Sequence record: PP763253.1
DNA: 64,000 bases
Origin: Acinetobacter phage Ab1-TPeters
Reading direction: 5' to 3' (one strand)
Shown: one piece after another, positions 25,772 to 34,589 of the stretch
Position numbering within the stretch: position 1 is the first letter of the stretch
How the letters are laid out: each line of letters begins with the position of its first letter
The notes under the pieces: generated by a model
The model's input: the letters and a program-made list of their open reading frames with translations, nothing else
Told to the model about the DNA's origin: nothing
The model's database searches: none
Position numbers and translations under genes: made by a program

Positions 25772-26185
25772 ATGATATCTGAAAGTATTTTATGTTTAGC
25801 TGCAGTTATTTTTCATGAAGCTAGAGGTGAACCTGAATTAGGTAAACTAGCAGTAGCAAATGTAGTTATAAACAGAACTAAAACTAGAAACTTGAATGAA
25901 TGTCAAGTTGTTAAACAGAAGAGACAATTTTCATGGTACAGGGGTCAATCTCAAATAGACAAAATGAGAAATCCTAAATATGAAGAATATCTTAAATTAG
26001 CAAATAAAGCTAGGGCAAGAGACGTTACGAATGGAGCTACTTTCTTTCACGCAACGACAGTCTGTCCAAATTGGTCTTACTATCTAATTAGATCCAAGTC
26101 AATTGGAGGTCACAGGTTCTATAGAGAATTAGATACTAAGTCCAATTCAACCAAAAGGAGAATCAATAATGATTGCAGGTGGTGA
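25772..26185 (+). CDS. SleB/CwlJ-like cell-wall hydrolase (Hydrolase_2 family)
   Basis: The signature AAVIFHEARGEPELGKLAVANVVINR is characteristic of the SleB catalytic domain. 137 aa. Confidence 0.5.
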   Translation: MISESILCLAAVIFHEARGEPELGKLAVANVVINRTKTRNLNECQVVKQKRQFSWYRGQSQIDKMRNPKYEEYLKLANKARARDVTNGATFFHATTVCPNWSYYLIRSKSIGGHRFYRELDTKSNSTKRRINNDCRW

Positions 26186-26759
26186 ATTAATTGAACACTG
26201 CATAAAAGAGAAGTTATGGCATTTTGAGAGTGTTGATGGAGCTAAAGCTCACGTTGGCCCAAACTCATTAGATGTTCGGTTGAATTCACATTTTCTTGTA
26301 ATGACTTCTCCTACCTCATCAGAACCATTTGATATAACTTTAGATGAAGATAGTCGTAAGTTGTTTAATGAAGTCGAAGCTAATGAAATCATAGTGAATC
26401 CTGGAGATTTCATTTTAGCTTGCTCAATGGAAAGAATTGACTGCTCTCAGACTATCGGAGTTAAGACTCAAGACGATATCACTGTTCCAATGATATTTAC
26501 TCAACATTATGACGGACGAAGCACATTGGCTAGATTAGGTCTTCTGTCGCATGTATCAGCTGGTTTTGGTGATTTTAATTTCAAGGGTGCGTTTACTTTA
26601 GAAATTAAAAATCTAGGAAATTACCCTTTAGTTTTACGAAAAGGTATGCGAATAGGTCAAGTCTATTTTGAGCAAACCTTATTTCCTAAGAAGTATGAAG
26701 GTTACGATCAAACTGACTTCAAACCAGCTTACCCTAGAACAGGCTCTGGACGATTCTAA
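26169..26759 (+). CDS. dcd: dCTP deaminase (Dcd) family
   Basis: LDVRLNSHF and YDGRSTLARLGLLSHVSAGFGD match E. coli Dcd VDVRLGNKF and LDGRSSLARLGLMVHVTA. 196 aa. Confidence 0.7.
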   Translation: MIAGGELIEHCIKEKLWHFESVDGAKAHVGPNSLDVRLNSHFLVMTSPTSSEPFDITLDEDSRKLFNEVEANEIIVNPGDFILACSMERIDCSQTIGVKTQDDITVPMIFTQHYDGRSTLARLGLLSHVSAGFGDFNFKGAFTLEIKNLGNYPLVLRKGMRIGQVYFEQTLFPKKYEGYDQTDFKPAYPRTGSGRF

Positions 26760-27010
26760 TGATTTTAAGTATCGAACATATATCTGGTAGATTATCAGAA
26801 GTTAATCTTAGCGAATTATCTGATTGTAAATTCTGTAAATCAAAACCAGAATGGTTTAATCAGGATCAGATATTTGTATTAAGATGCTCATTCTGTAAAT
26901 CTGTATCTAAAGGTTTCTTATGTAGACCTTGCATGAAAGAAGAGTCTGACATTGACTCAGCTATCTTTAAATTAACTAGTGAATGGAACACTAAAAATGA
27001 CACCAAATGA
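26759..27010 (+). CDS. small Cys-rich (zinc-finger-like) protein
   Basis: CKFCKSKPEW...CSFCKSVSKGFLCRPC. 83 aa. Confidence 0.35.
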   Translation: MILSIEHISGRLSEVNLSELSDCKFCKSKPEWFNQDQIFVLRCSFCKSVSKGFLCRPCMKEESDIDSAIFKLTSEWNTKNDTK

Positions 27011-27320
27011 TCCTATTGTTTTAGTACTTGCTGGAGCTTACGAGCCATCTGAACGTGATTTGGATACCCATGCTCAACACTTGAATAAGAAACGTGAACA
27101 AGCTGTGGCTCAACTTATGAAAATTGATTCTGAGTTAGAACAAGTAGCTGAGTTGAAGAACAGCTTAGCTAGAGCTAACTCTGATGAAATTACTGCAGAG
27201 GTTGTGGCTAAAGTCTGTAGTTCAATGCTTCAAGGACGAGTTCTTAAAGACTCTGATGTACCGAAAGAAATGGTTAGTAAAGCTAAATTCTATTTAGCTA
27301 AATATGGATTCGCTGGATAA
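26979..27320 (+). CDS. hypothetical coiled-coil protein
   Basis: 113-aa ORF, the last gene of the plus-strand block. A 42-nt palindromic terminator follows. Confidence 0.35.
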   Translation: MNGTLKMTPNDPIVLVLAGAYEPSERDLDTHAQHLNKKREQAVAQLMKIDSELEQVAELKNSLARANSDEITAEVVAKVCSSMLQGRVLKDSDVPKEMVSKAKFYLAKYGFAG

Positions 27321-27362
27321 GTCCAATAAAATAGGGAGCCTAGGCTCCCTATTTTATTGGAC
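27321..27362. terminator. bidirectional terminator, 42-nt perfect palindrome between convergent genes
   Basis: GTCCAATAAAATAGGGAGCC-TA-GGCTCCCTATTTTATTGGAC. It has the same GGGAGC/GGCTCCC core as the terminators at 6602 and 62332. A/T runs flank it on both strands. Confidence 0.65.
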
Positions 27363-27950
27363 TTATGCTTCATTTTTAGATATTTTACCTGCAGCTAAAA
27401 TAGGTAAATCATATCGAAATGAGTGAGGAACTGTCCCTGCACTTACCCAACGATATGAAGTAACTCTTTTAGGGTCAAAATCCATAATATTTACTGCGTC
27501 TGATTGATTTCCGCCAAGTACCTTCAACATTCCAGATTTAGTTTTACCTACTACTAAACCTACGTGGCCACCTCCTTCTCTAGTAAAGGTAACTACACAT
27601 CCATAAGCTGGTTTATCTAGCTTAGTTCCAACTTTTTCCCAATCTTTAGCACGGAAGAAAGATTTAGGTATTTTACTAACCAAACCAGCCTTGCAAAAGA
27701 CCCCAGCTAAGAATGAGCCACACCAAGCTACTTCATCATTGAAAGCTGTTGAACCATCTTTATTCTTACCGAATAACCAAGACAAATCTTGTTTAGTTTG
27801 CTCAGCTGCGATCTGTATTAGGTTAACAATCTTAGCGTTGTGTTTAGGTCCTTTAATTTCAGCTTGGCCTATATAGGTTCTAGCTACTTTTACATGATTT
27901 AATTCAGTCATTTTATTACCTTCACTTAATTTAGTTGACACAAAATCCAC
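27363..27950 (-). CDS. CHAP-domain peptidoglycan hydrolase (endolysin)
   Basis: The Cys motif EVAWCGSFLAGVFC and His motif GGGHVGLVVG are typical of CHAP. It is the last gene of the late operon. Confidence 0.55.
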   Translation of the reverse strand: MDFVSTKLSEGNKMTELNHVKVARTYIGQAEIKGPKHNAKIVNLIQIAAEQTKQDLSWLFGKNKDGSTAFNDEVAWCGSFLAGVFCKAGLVSKIPKSFFRAKDWEKVGTKLDKPAYGCVVTFTREGGGHVGLVVGKTKSGMLKVLGGNQSDAVNIMDFDPKRVTSYRWVSAGTVPHSFRYDLPILAAGKISKNEA

Positions 27951-28024
27951 TGGATGTCTCTATATAAGTTTAATTGATGATAAATAATTATCGATAAATT
28001 TTACAACCTTTAGGTTTACGTAAA

Positions 28025-30067
28025 TCAAACCAACCAAGTTACTTGCTTATAGTTCGGATTGTTTGCAAATGTTTCAACTTTCACAATCCATTGATTTGCA
28101 GCCGTCACTTTTGTGGCTAAAGATAATGTTCGACCACTCCAGCTGTAAGAAATGCCAAAGCTGCCGTTAATTTTTTCTGTTGCGAATGTGACACTAGACG
28201 AATCATCGCTCGAAATTACAAGCTCAACCAAACCAATCGAACCACCAGCACTTGCATCAGCAGCAGCAATCGTAATGATTGATGTACTTCTGTTTTTCGC
28301 TGTCAAGATAGGGGTTTGAGTGGTTGTTAAATTAACCTGTCTAACCTCAGTAGTATCGTAAGCAGTCGATGCACCAGCTGGATTAACAATCTCTAATAGA
28401 GATCGTTCTCTATACTGAGCTGTGATAGACCTACGATCTATCGGAGCAACAGGCGTTGCTGTACCAGTGAATGTATTTAAACCAAATGATGCTTGAGAAG
28501 TAATAATGTTTGTATTAAATGACGTATCATTAAAGATATTACCCTCAATGATAAAGTCCCCTGTCGCTGGAGTATTAAAAGAAAAACCTTTAGCTGTTCG
28601 TCCGTACATGCGGTTGTTTGTAAACCTACCTGATAGGATAGTGTAGCCAAGTGTTGTACTGAAAGCATAAGTATCAAACTCACAGTTATCTACAATACAA
28701 TCCTTCCATCCGTTTGCACAGTTATTGCGAATTGTAGCTACACCTTTGAATCGACAGTTCAAGAACTTAACATTAGGCGAACCTGTAGGAGTGTTTTGCT
28801 CTTTAACCAAAACAGTAGGTTCTGCACCCGAACTAGAAACCGCATTGAACTCGCAGTTTTCCATCGTCACATTATAAACGGTGTCTGCTGTATTAGGGTT
28901 TGGCTCAATATCAAATAGATATACCCATGATAATTCAGGTTTTAACTGACGGAATTTACAGTTTTTGAAATGAACATCATGACAGAAAACTAATGCAGCA
29001 GTATTGCGACGTGCATCGTCAAAATTACAGTTTTCAAAGTAGTGATTTCCGCAGTCCGCACCAACAACTCCGCGAATATACAAGCCTTCAAATCTAAATC
29101 CTGATGTGTCAACGTATCTTGCTGTGAAGCTGTCACCAATGATCCTCATACCAAAACCGCAAGCGGATGTTGATTGATCTAGGCGAAGGCCAAGCATTTT
29201 AAGATTAGATATTTTACAGTTTGACACGTTTTCAGGCATATAGAACAAATCTGTTGAGCCTGTCGAGTGCCAAAATGTTCCATGCTCGTATCTCGCTTCC
29301 TGAACAATCGAGGTCGGTGCAGCCGAGATTTCTGCATACGTTTTAGTGGTTGTAAAGGATTCGAAAGTACCTTCAATGTGAACATTCGATTTTGCCAGTA
29401 CCTGAGCGTAAATGTGCCCCTTCGGTAGTTTTACTTTTCCACCTCCAATAAGAGCCATGTAGTCAATACACTTTTGCAATATAGCGGATTGGTTGATTAA
29501 ATCAGTCTGCAATAAATTTGCTCTGAGTCCTACCTGTGTCGCATGTAAAGTCTTATCTTTAAGTTTTAATTTCCATCGGCCTGTACTAACACCAGTAACT
29601 GCGATTACAGAAAAGCCGTCATCAGTAGCATTAGAGGAGCTATCCCATTGATAGAGTGAACCACCATAGCCACTGTCAGCGTTATATTCAAGAGTCTCAA
29701 CCTGCTGCTTGTTTTTATTACCTTTGTAGTTACGGAGACTCTCTATATTTTGAATCAGTTGAACTACTGAATTGTTAATCTCTTGTTGATTTTTACCACT
29801 TTCATCTTTTATGAATTGAGCTTCTTTCTCACGTTTATCTAAAACTTCTAGTTCAGGATAGTTCAAATCTTCTAAAGTAATATCAATATTGCCAGATGAG
29901 TCAGGCTCTTTGTTATTAACTTTCTTAACTGGCGCTAGTAAGCTAGGGATATTCTCAATCTCTTTACCTAATTTTCTTAAGTCCCGAGTTTGCTGATTAT
30001 GGTGCTTGTCTGTTAACAATTCACCATTTAATTCAGTAGTTAATTGAGATTCTAATTGAATCGCCAT
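28025..30067 (-). CDS. tailspike/tail fibre with parallel beta-helix (pectate-lyase-like) domain
   Basis: Repeated N-C-x-F rungs (NCKI, NCNF, NCKF, NCEF, NCRF, NCEF), as seen in right-handed beta-helix depolymerases. 680 aa. Confidence 0.55.
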   Translation of the reverse strand: MAIQLESQLTTELNGELLTDKHHNQQTRDLRKLGKEIENIPSLLAPVKKVNNKEPDSSGNIDITLEDLNYPELEVLDKREKEAQFIKDESGKNQQEINNSVVQLIQNIESLRNYKGNKNKQQVETLEYNADSGYGGSLYQWDSSSNATDDGFSVIAVTGVSTGRWKLKLKDKTLHATQVGLRANLLQTDLINQSAILQKCIDYMALIGGGKVKLPKGHIYAQVLAKSNVHIEGTFESFTTTKTYAEISAAPTSIVQEARYEHGTFWHSTGSTDLFYMPENVSNCKISNLKMLGLRLDQSTSACGFGMRIIGDSFTARYVDTSGFRFEGLYIRGVVGADCGNHYFENCNFDDARRNTAALVFCHDVHFKNCKFRQLKPELSWVYLFDIEPNPNTADTVYNVTMENCEFNAVSSSGAEPTVLVKEQNTPTGSPNVKFLNCRFKGVATIRNNCANGWKDCIVDNCEFDTYAFSTTLGYTILSGRFTNNRMYGRTAKGFSFNTPATGDFIIEGNIFNDTSFNTNIITSQASFGLNTFTGTATPVAPIDRRSITAQYRERSLLEIVNPAGASTAYDTTEVRQVNLTTTQTPILTAKNRSTSIITIAAADASAGGSIGLVELVISSDDSSSVTFATEKINGSFGISYSWSGRTLSLATKVTAANQWIVKVETFANNPNYKQVTWLV

Positions 30068-30070
30068 ATT

Positions 30071-30508
30071 TTATTCATCCTTTCTCAAATTACTTAGCTT
30101 ATCTAACCTATCTTTAGCCTTATCTCGTGTTTCAGGATCAGTCGCCCAATTTAGTAATATTACTAAGATAGGTGCACCTAGGCAACCTAACACGAAAGCT
30201 GGGCCAGTCAAAACTGCAGGTGTCCATTCCAGCCATGCATTTAAGCTAATGCAGGGAAATAACCCCGCACCAGTACCAATAATTATTTTAGCTACTCTAG
30301 GATCTTGAGTAAGTTCAGAGTCTACAGGTGTTTTAATAAAAATAGAACAAACACCTCCAAACACTGAAGCAAACAATACAGACCAGAAACCCCACTGGAT
30401 GGTGTCACTTACTCGTTCTTGAAGCCAAACCCCAGCATAAGCTGAGATTGGCAGTGAAAAAGTAAGTAACAGGATTAAATTCATTAAGAATTTCATGAAA
30501 CACCTCAA
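30071..30508 (-). CDS. four-TM membrane protein (holin-like or tail-associated)
   Basis: Four hydrophobic segments (LMNLILLLTFSLPISAYAG, FWSVLFASVFGGVCSIFI, IIIGTGAGLFPCISLNAWL, AFVLGCLGAPILVILL) and a charged C-terminus. Confidence 0.4.
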   Translation of the reverse strand: MRCFMKFLMNLILLLTFSLPISAYAGVWLQERVSDTIQWGFWSVLFASVFGGVCSIFIKTPVDSELTQDPRVAKIIIGTGAGLFPCISLNAWLEWTPAVLTGPAFVLGCLGAPILVILLNWATDPETRDKAKDRLDKLSNLRKDE

Positions 30509-33500
30509 ATTATAGTAGTTCTGATATTCTTAACCTCAGGATCTGCAGAATAAGAAGTAGAACTTAGTTCAATCTTGATTCTAGTAGCTGCAAGGCTAAG
30601 ATTATCTACTTTGTATTCTACAGTTTGTCTACCAAAACCAATGTCTGTTCCAGATTTATTAGTTATCTCTTGGAAATCACCATTGGCTAATTGATAGAAA
30701 ACTTTTACTTTAGAGTTTAAAGGCTCGTATTGATCCAGATAAATTCTAAGGCTAGCTGGTGTAACAAGTCCATTCTTGATTGTGAACTGACGTTGAACGT
30801 AAGTAGCAGGGCTATCTGAGGTTCCGTAAACCAATGAAATACCTGAAAGTACTTTAGGTGATTTCTTAGTATCGTTAGTTTTTAATTCAAGCCATAGTTC
30901 TATATTACCCGCAGATACCTCGATAGGCGGAACTTTAACCACTTCATTAACAGATAGATCGTAAGTAGCAGATCCAACTTTCATGAAGAAGCGTGCAGAT
31001 GTGCCAGTTGGTGTATCCACGTCAGCTACTACTTTAAAGTTAGTTGCTTGATCTACCAAATTATTTACAGTAAGTACTTTAACAGTTTTAGTTGGTTTAT
31101 AAGTTATACTATGTAGTTTGAAAGTTAAGTCTTCATCCTGAACTGATGTCCAAGTTCTCTCATTAGCTGATAAAAGTAGAACTCCGTCATGAGTTTGATT
31201 TCTGACCCATTTAGAAGTTGCAGTACTGTATTCACCTACTCTAGCTGTAGCTACTTTACCTTGGAAGTTAGCAGTTGCTACAATCAAAGCATATTCAACA
31301 CCAGCAATTACTTTAATAGGCATTTTTAAGTTGATTTTATTCCAACCTAATTTTAGAGACTTATGGCTAACTGAACCTAAACCTAATAGATCATTCCAGT
31401 TAGGGATACCAGCTACTGTAGAAACTATTTTTATTTGTAAAGTGTTAGTAGGTAATTCTGTTAGGTAAATTGAAACAGCACTCAATTCTTGGTCAACTGC
31501 AGGTAAGAAAGTCTGAGAAACTGGATCGTAACCCCATGGTACTTCTTTACCATTCCAGTTGAAGTCACCTTTGTCTCGAGTTTTACTCAATTTGAGTGAC
31601 AAAATAGCTCGACAGGTTGCCCTTGAAGTTCTGCCAGTTGCAATTACATCATAATCACCTAGAGTTGTGCCAACTGCTATTGGAATTCTAGCTTTAGCTT
31701 TACCTTGTGAATCAGCAGTAACTGTGGAAACTATGTTACCTCTGAATCTTACATCAATCAACTCACCTGAGTTAAATAGGCTAAGGTTAGCGTAGCTTTC
31801 AGTAGCTCTTGGCATAAAGTTACCGTGGAAGTAACGCCACCAAGCATTTGCATACAGAGTGCCTGGGCTTAATGATATAACTGCCTGAGGAGCGTTACCT
31901 TGAGAATATGGGTTAATCCTTTGATCTTTAGTTATTTCTAACTGCTGGTCAAAAACTATCTCAGAAGCTGAATCAAGAGAGAAACTAGAGTCAGAGTTTA
32001 AGGCATTTGCTAGATAATTTGTTCCAATTTTCAAAGCAGTGTCTTCAATTACTGCATTTTGATCTATACCTTGATCTCTCATATTCTCATTAAGAAGAGA
32101 GTCAACTATAATTCCACGTTTGTTAGTAACTGGATCTAAGGCACTAGCTTCGTCTTTAAGTGACAATTGAGCTACGTTATAGACTAAGTTGTCTACATCT
32201 GATCTTAATTTCTTAAGGTCAGAGAAGCTCATGATCATGACAGTACTTTCTTGGTCAATTACAGGATCTGCACCTAAAGCTACTGTTACTGTTCCAAGTG
32301 ATAAATATGGGCCAGATGGAACTGATGGAGGAAGTACATAATTTGGAGTATTTGGAGTTCCTCGTTGAACGTGAATTTCACCTTGGCTATTCAATAGAAT
32401 TCTGTCAATTCTGGATAAGTAGAAATCATAATCAACATACATAACTGAGTTATGAACTACTTCAGCAGCGTCTTCATCAAATAATCTTAGACTTCCGTTA
32501 AGAATATACGCACTAAAGTTAGCTACAAATTGAAATTCTACTTGATAACTAGAACCAGGAGATGGTTCAGCCCCATTTGGAGTCCAGCTTATTGTATCGC
32601 CAGATTGAACATAATCAACGTTAGGTTGATAAATAGTTCCACCTTGTTTCACTGAAAGAATTTGAAGAACTGGAGTTCTAGGTAAAATATCAACACCACC
32701 TCCAACACTACCTCTTGTAACATTAGCAGTTATCTTCTTAGTCGCCATCACTTCAGTAATTTGCTTAATAGGTTCATTTCTTAAGCTATAGCTTAGCACT
32801 CCAGTTGAGAAAGTAACTGGTTCAGAAACTGTGCTTCTAAAATCAGTGTTAGCATCAACTAAGAATTCAGTCTCAACTGGGAATTCACACTCCACACCTG
32901 ACACTCGAGCTGATCCAGAAGATAACAAGAATTTGTAATTGTCTTCAGTAACTTCACCAATTTGAATAGAAAGACCTGAGATTACATAAGACCCATGGAT
33001 ACTAAAATCATATCTAGCTATTGATTTGTTGATGGCATTAGTCATATCAGTTGTTGATTGACTAGTCAATATTTCACCATCTTTTACTGTGAATACAGGA
33101 AAGAAAGCCTCACCCTCTTCTACTTTATCGCTAGTTGTCCAGTTACCGATTACCTGAATTCTGAAAGCACCTTCTTCAAGATAACCTGGAGATAAAGGAT
33201 CTGGTTCTAGTAAAGCAGCGTCTTCATTGGCAGTTACAGTTCTTTCAGTTACTACAACTCCAACTAGAGTTAATCCCTCAGGAAGATTAATCTCTGTTTT
33301 CTGACAATGGGTAGGTAAGCCTTCAATTGAAAGAGTGCCTTCATTGATAACTAATTGTGAAGCAGATAAACTTTCTACTTCACAACCAGTTAAAATAGTT
33401 CCATTAGAAACTAAATGTCTGCTAACTTTCTTTAACAACTCAAGAATATTGTCCTGAAGCTCATTCATTTCAGCAGATTGCAATGTTCTACCTGCTAAGA

Positions 33501-33570
33501 ACGCTAGCTTTCTATAACCTTTAATAGGGTCATAGTTGTTAAAATAATCTTCTCTATCTTGAATAGACAT
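30505..33570 (-). CDS. large tail fibre / distal tail protein
   Basis: 1021 aa, located between the baseplate genes and the tailspike. Beta-rich composition; no enzymatic motif recognised. Confidence 0.45.
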   Translation of the reverse strand: MSIQDREDYFNNYDPIKGYRKLAFLAGRTLQSAEMNELQDNILELLKKVSRHLVSNGTILTGCEVESLSASQLVINEGTLSIEGLPTHCQKTEINLPEGLTLVGVVVTERTVTANEDAALLEPDPLSPGYLEEGAFRIQVIGNWTTSDKVEEGEAFFPVFTVKDGEILTSQSTTDMTNAINKSIARYDFSIHGSYVISGLSIQIGEVTEDNYKFLLSSGSARVSGVECEFPVETEFLVDANTDFRSTVSEPVTFSTGVLSYSLRNEPIKQITEVMATKKITANVTRGSVGGGVDILPRTPVLQILSVKQGGTIYQPNVDYVQSGDTISWTPNGAEPSPGSSYQVEFQFVANFSAYILNGSLRLFDEDAAEVVHNSVMYVDYDFYLSRIDRILLNSQGEIHVQRGTPNTPNYVLPPSVPSGPYLSLGTVTVALGADPVIDQESTVMIMSFSDLKKLRSDVDNLVYNVAQLSLKDEASALDPVTNKRGIIVDSLLNENMRDQGIDQNAVIEDTALKIGTNYLANALNSDSSFSLDSASEIVFDQQLEITKDQRINPYSQGNAPQAVISLSPGTLYANAWWRYFHGNFMPRATESYANLSLFNSGELIDVRFRGNIVSTVTADSQGKAKARIPIAVGTTLGDYDVIATGRTSRATCRAILSLKLSKTRDKGDFNWNGKEVPWGYDPVSQTFLPAVDQELSAVSIYLTELPTNTLQIKIVSTVAGIPNWNDLLGLGSVSHKSLKLGWNKINLKMPIKVIAGVEYALIVATANFQGKVATARVGEYSTATSKWVRNQTHDGVLLLSANERTWTSVQDEDLTFKLHSITYKPTKTVKVLTVNNLVDQATNFKVVADVDTPTGTSARFFMKVGSATYDLSVNEVVKVPPIEVSAGNIELWLELKTNDTKKSPKVLSGISLVYGTSDSPATYVQRQFTIKNGLVTPASLRIYLDQYEPLNSKVKVFYQLANGDFQEITNKSGTDIGFGRQTVEYKVDNLSLAATRIKIELSSTSYSADPEVKNIRTTII

Positions 33571-33584
33571 TGCAACCTCAACGT

Positions 33585-34451
33585 TTAGAATGTGATAATA
33601 ACTTCGCGGATTTCTCTTGAAGTAGAGTCTCGGTAAACTGGAGCTACGTTAGCTACTGCAATTAAATTACCGAAGTCACTAATTTCAGAAGGCAGAAGGT
33701 AGTTTTTGTTTTCATTTCCCAAAGCAGGAACTGTGTCAGTAAACACACCGAACTGATAAATTGTTTGATCTGAAGCATCAGATAAAGCAAAACCAACTTG
33801 GAAATATAAGTTATTTGTAGGTTCAGCTGACTCAGACCAGTTTACTAACTCAAGTTCATTTTGTGAGTTAAGAACAGCCGTAACTATCTCACCGTTAGGA
33901 TCACGCTTAACAAACTTTTTAATATTAGCTCGTCTACGTCCAACTTCATTGTAAAGTAAATTTAATGATTCAGGTGGAGCAACAGGGGAAGTTGTCCAAG
34001 GGTCAATTACTGTGGAATTTGAAGTAGGTAGTAACTTATCTGGATTAGTCAGCCCAGTTAAATCAGTATACGAAGCAGTTGAAGTTTCACCTAGAAGCTC
34101 ATATACACCTGAGGTTAAGCTTAATTTATAAACTCGATAACCTTTAGAACCTGACACTGAGCTCCAACCTAGATTTACTGCATTCTGGCCTGCAACTAAA
34201 TCAACTAGAGCTACAGCTGATCCTGAAGTTTCACCAAAATCAGTGAATGCAGTTACTCGATAACGGTGAGATCCAACTTCTAAATTTCCTCCAGTTGTTG
34301 GAGTTTTAGTTCCTACAGTCGGAGCAGCAATTGAACTAGGTAGCTTACCCCAACCTAAGTATATCTCACGGTCTTTTACGTATTTTGCTACAGTTATGTG
34401 AGCTCTGTCAGTAATAGTATACTGGTTATTTCTGCTAAGTATTTCAGCCAT
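33585..34451 (-). CDS. tail fibre-associated protein
   Basis: 288 aa, G/S/T-rich beta-sandwich-like sequence, located within the tail module. Confidence 0.35.
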   Translation of the reverse strand: MAEILSRNNQYTITDRAHITVAKYVKDREIYLGWGKLPSSIAAPTVGTKTPTTGGNLEVGSHRYRVTAFTDFGETSGSAVALVDLVAGQNAVNLGWSSVSGSKGYRVYKLSLTSGVYELLGETSTASYTDLTGLTNPDKLLPTSNSTVIDPWTTSPVAPPESLNLLYNEVGRRRANIKKFVKRDPNGEIVTAVLNSQNELELVNWSESAEPTNNLYFQVGFALSDASDQTIYQFGVFTDTVPALGNENKNYLLPSEISDFGNLIAVANVAPVYRDSTSREIREVIITF

Positions 34452-34589
34452 TTTTAGTATCCTCGATCAGAACCCATGAATCATTAATGAGTCTGTATTT
34501 TTCTTTAGTTGTTGCATTCACATAGATAGATCCTTCAGCAGCGTCTTTAGGAAAGACACCTATTGAATCACTGTACAGTTGAGGTTCAC

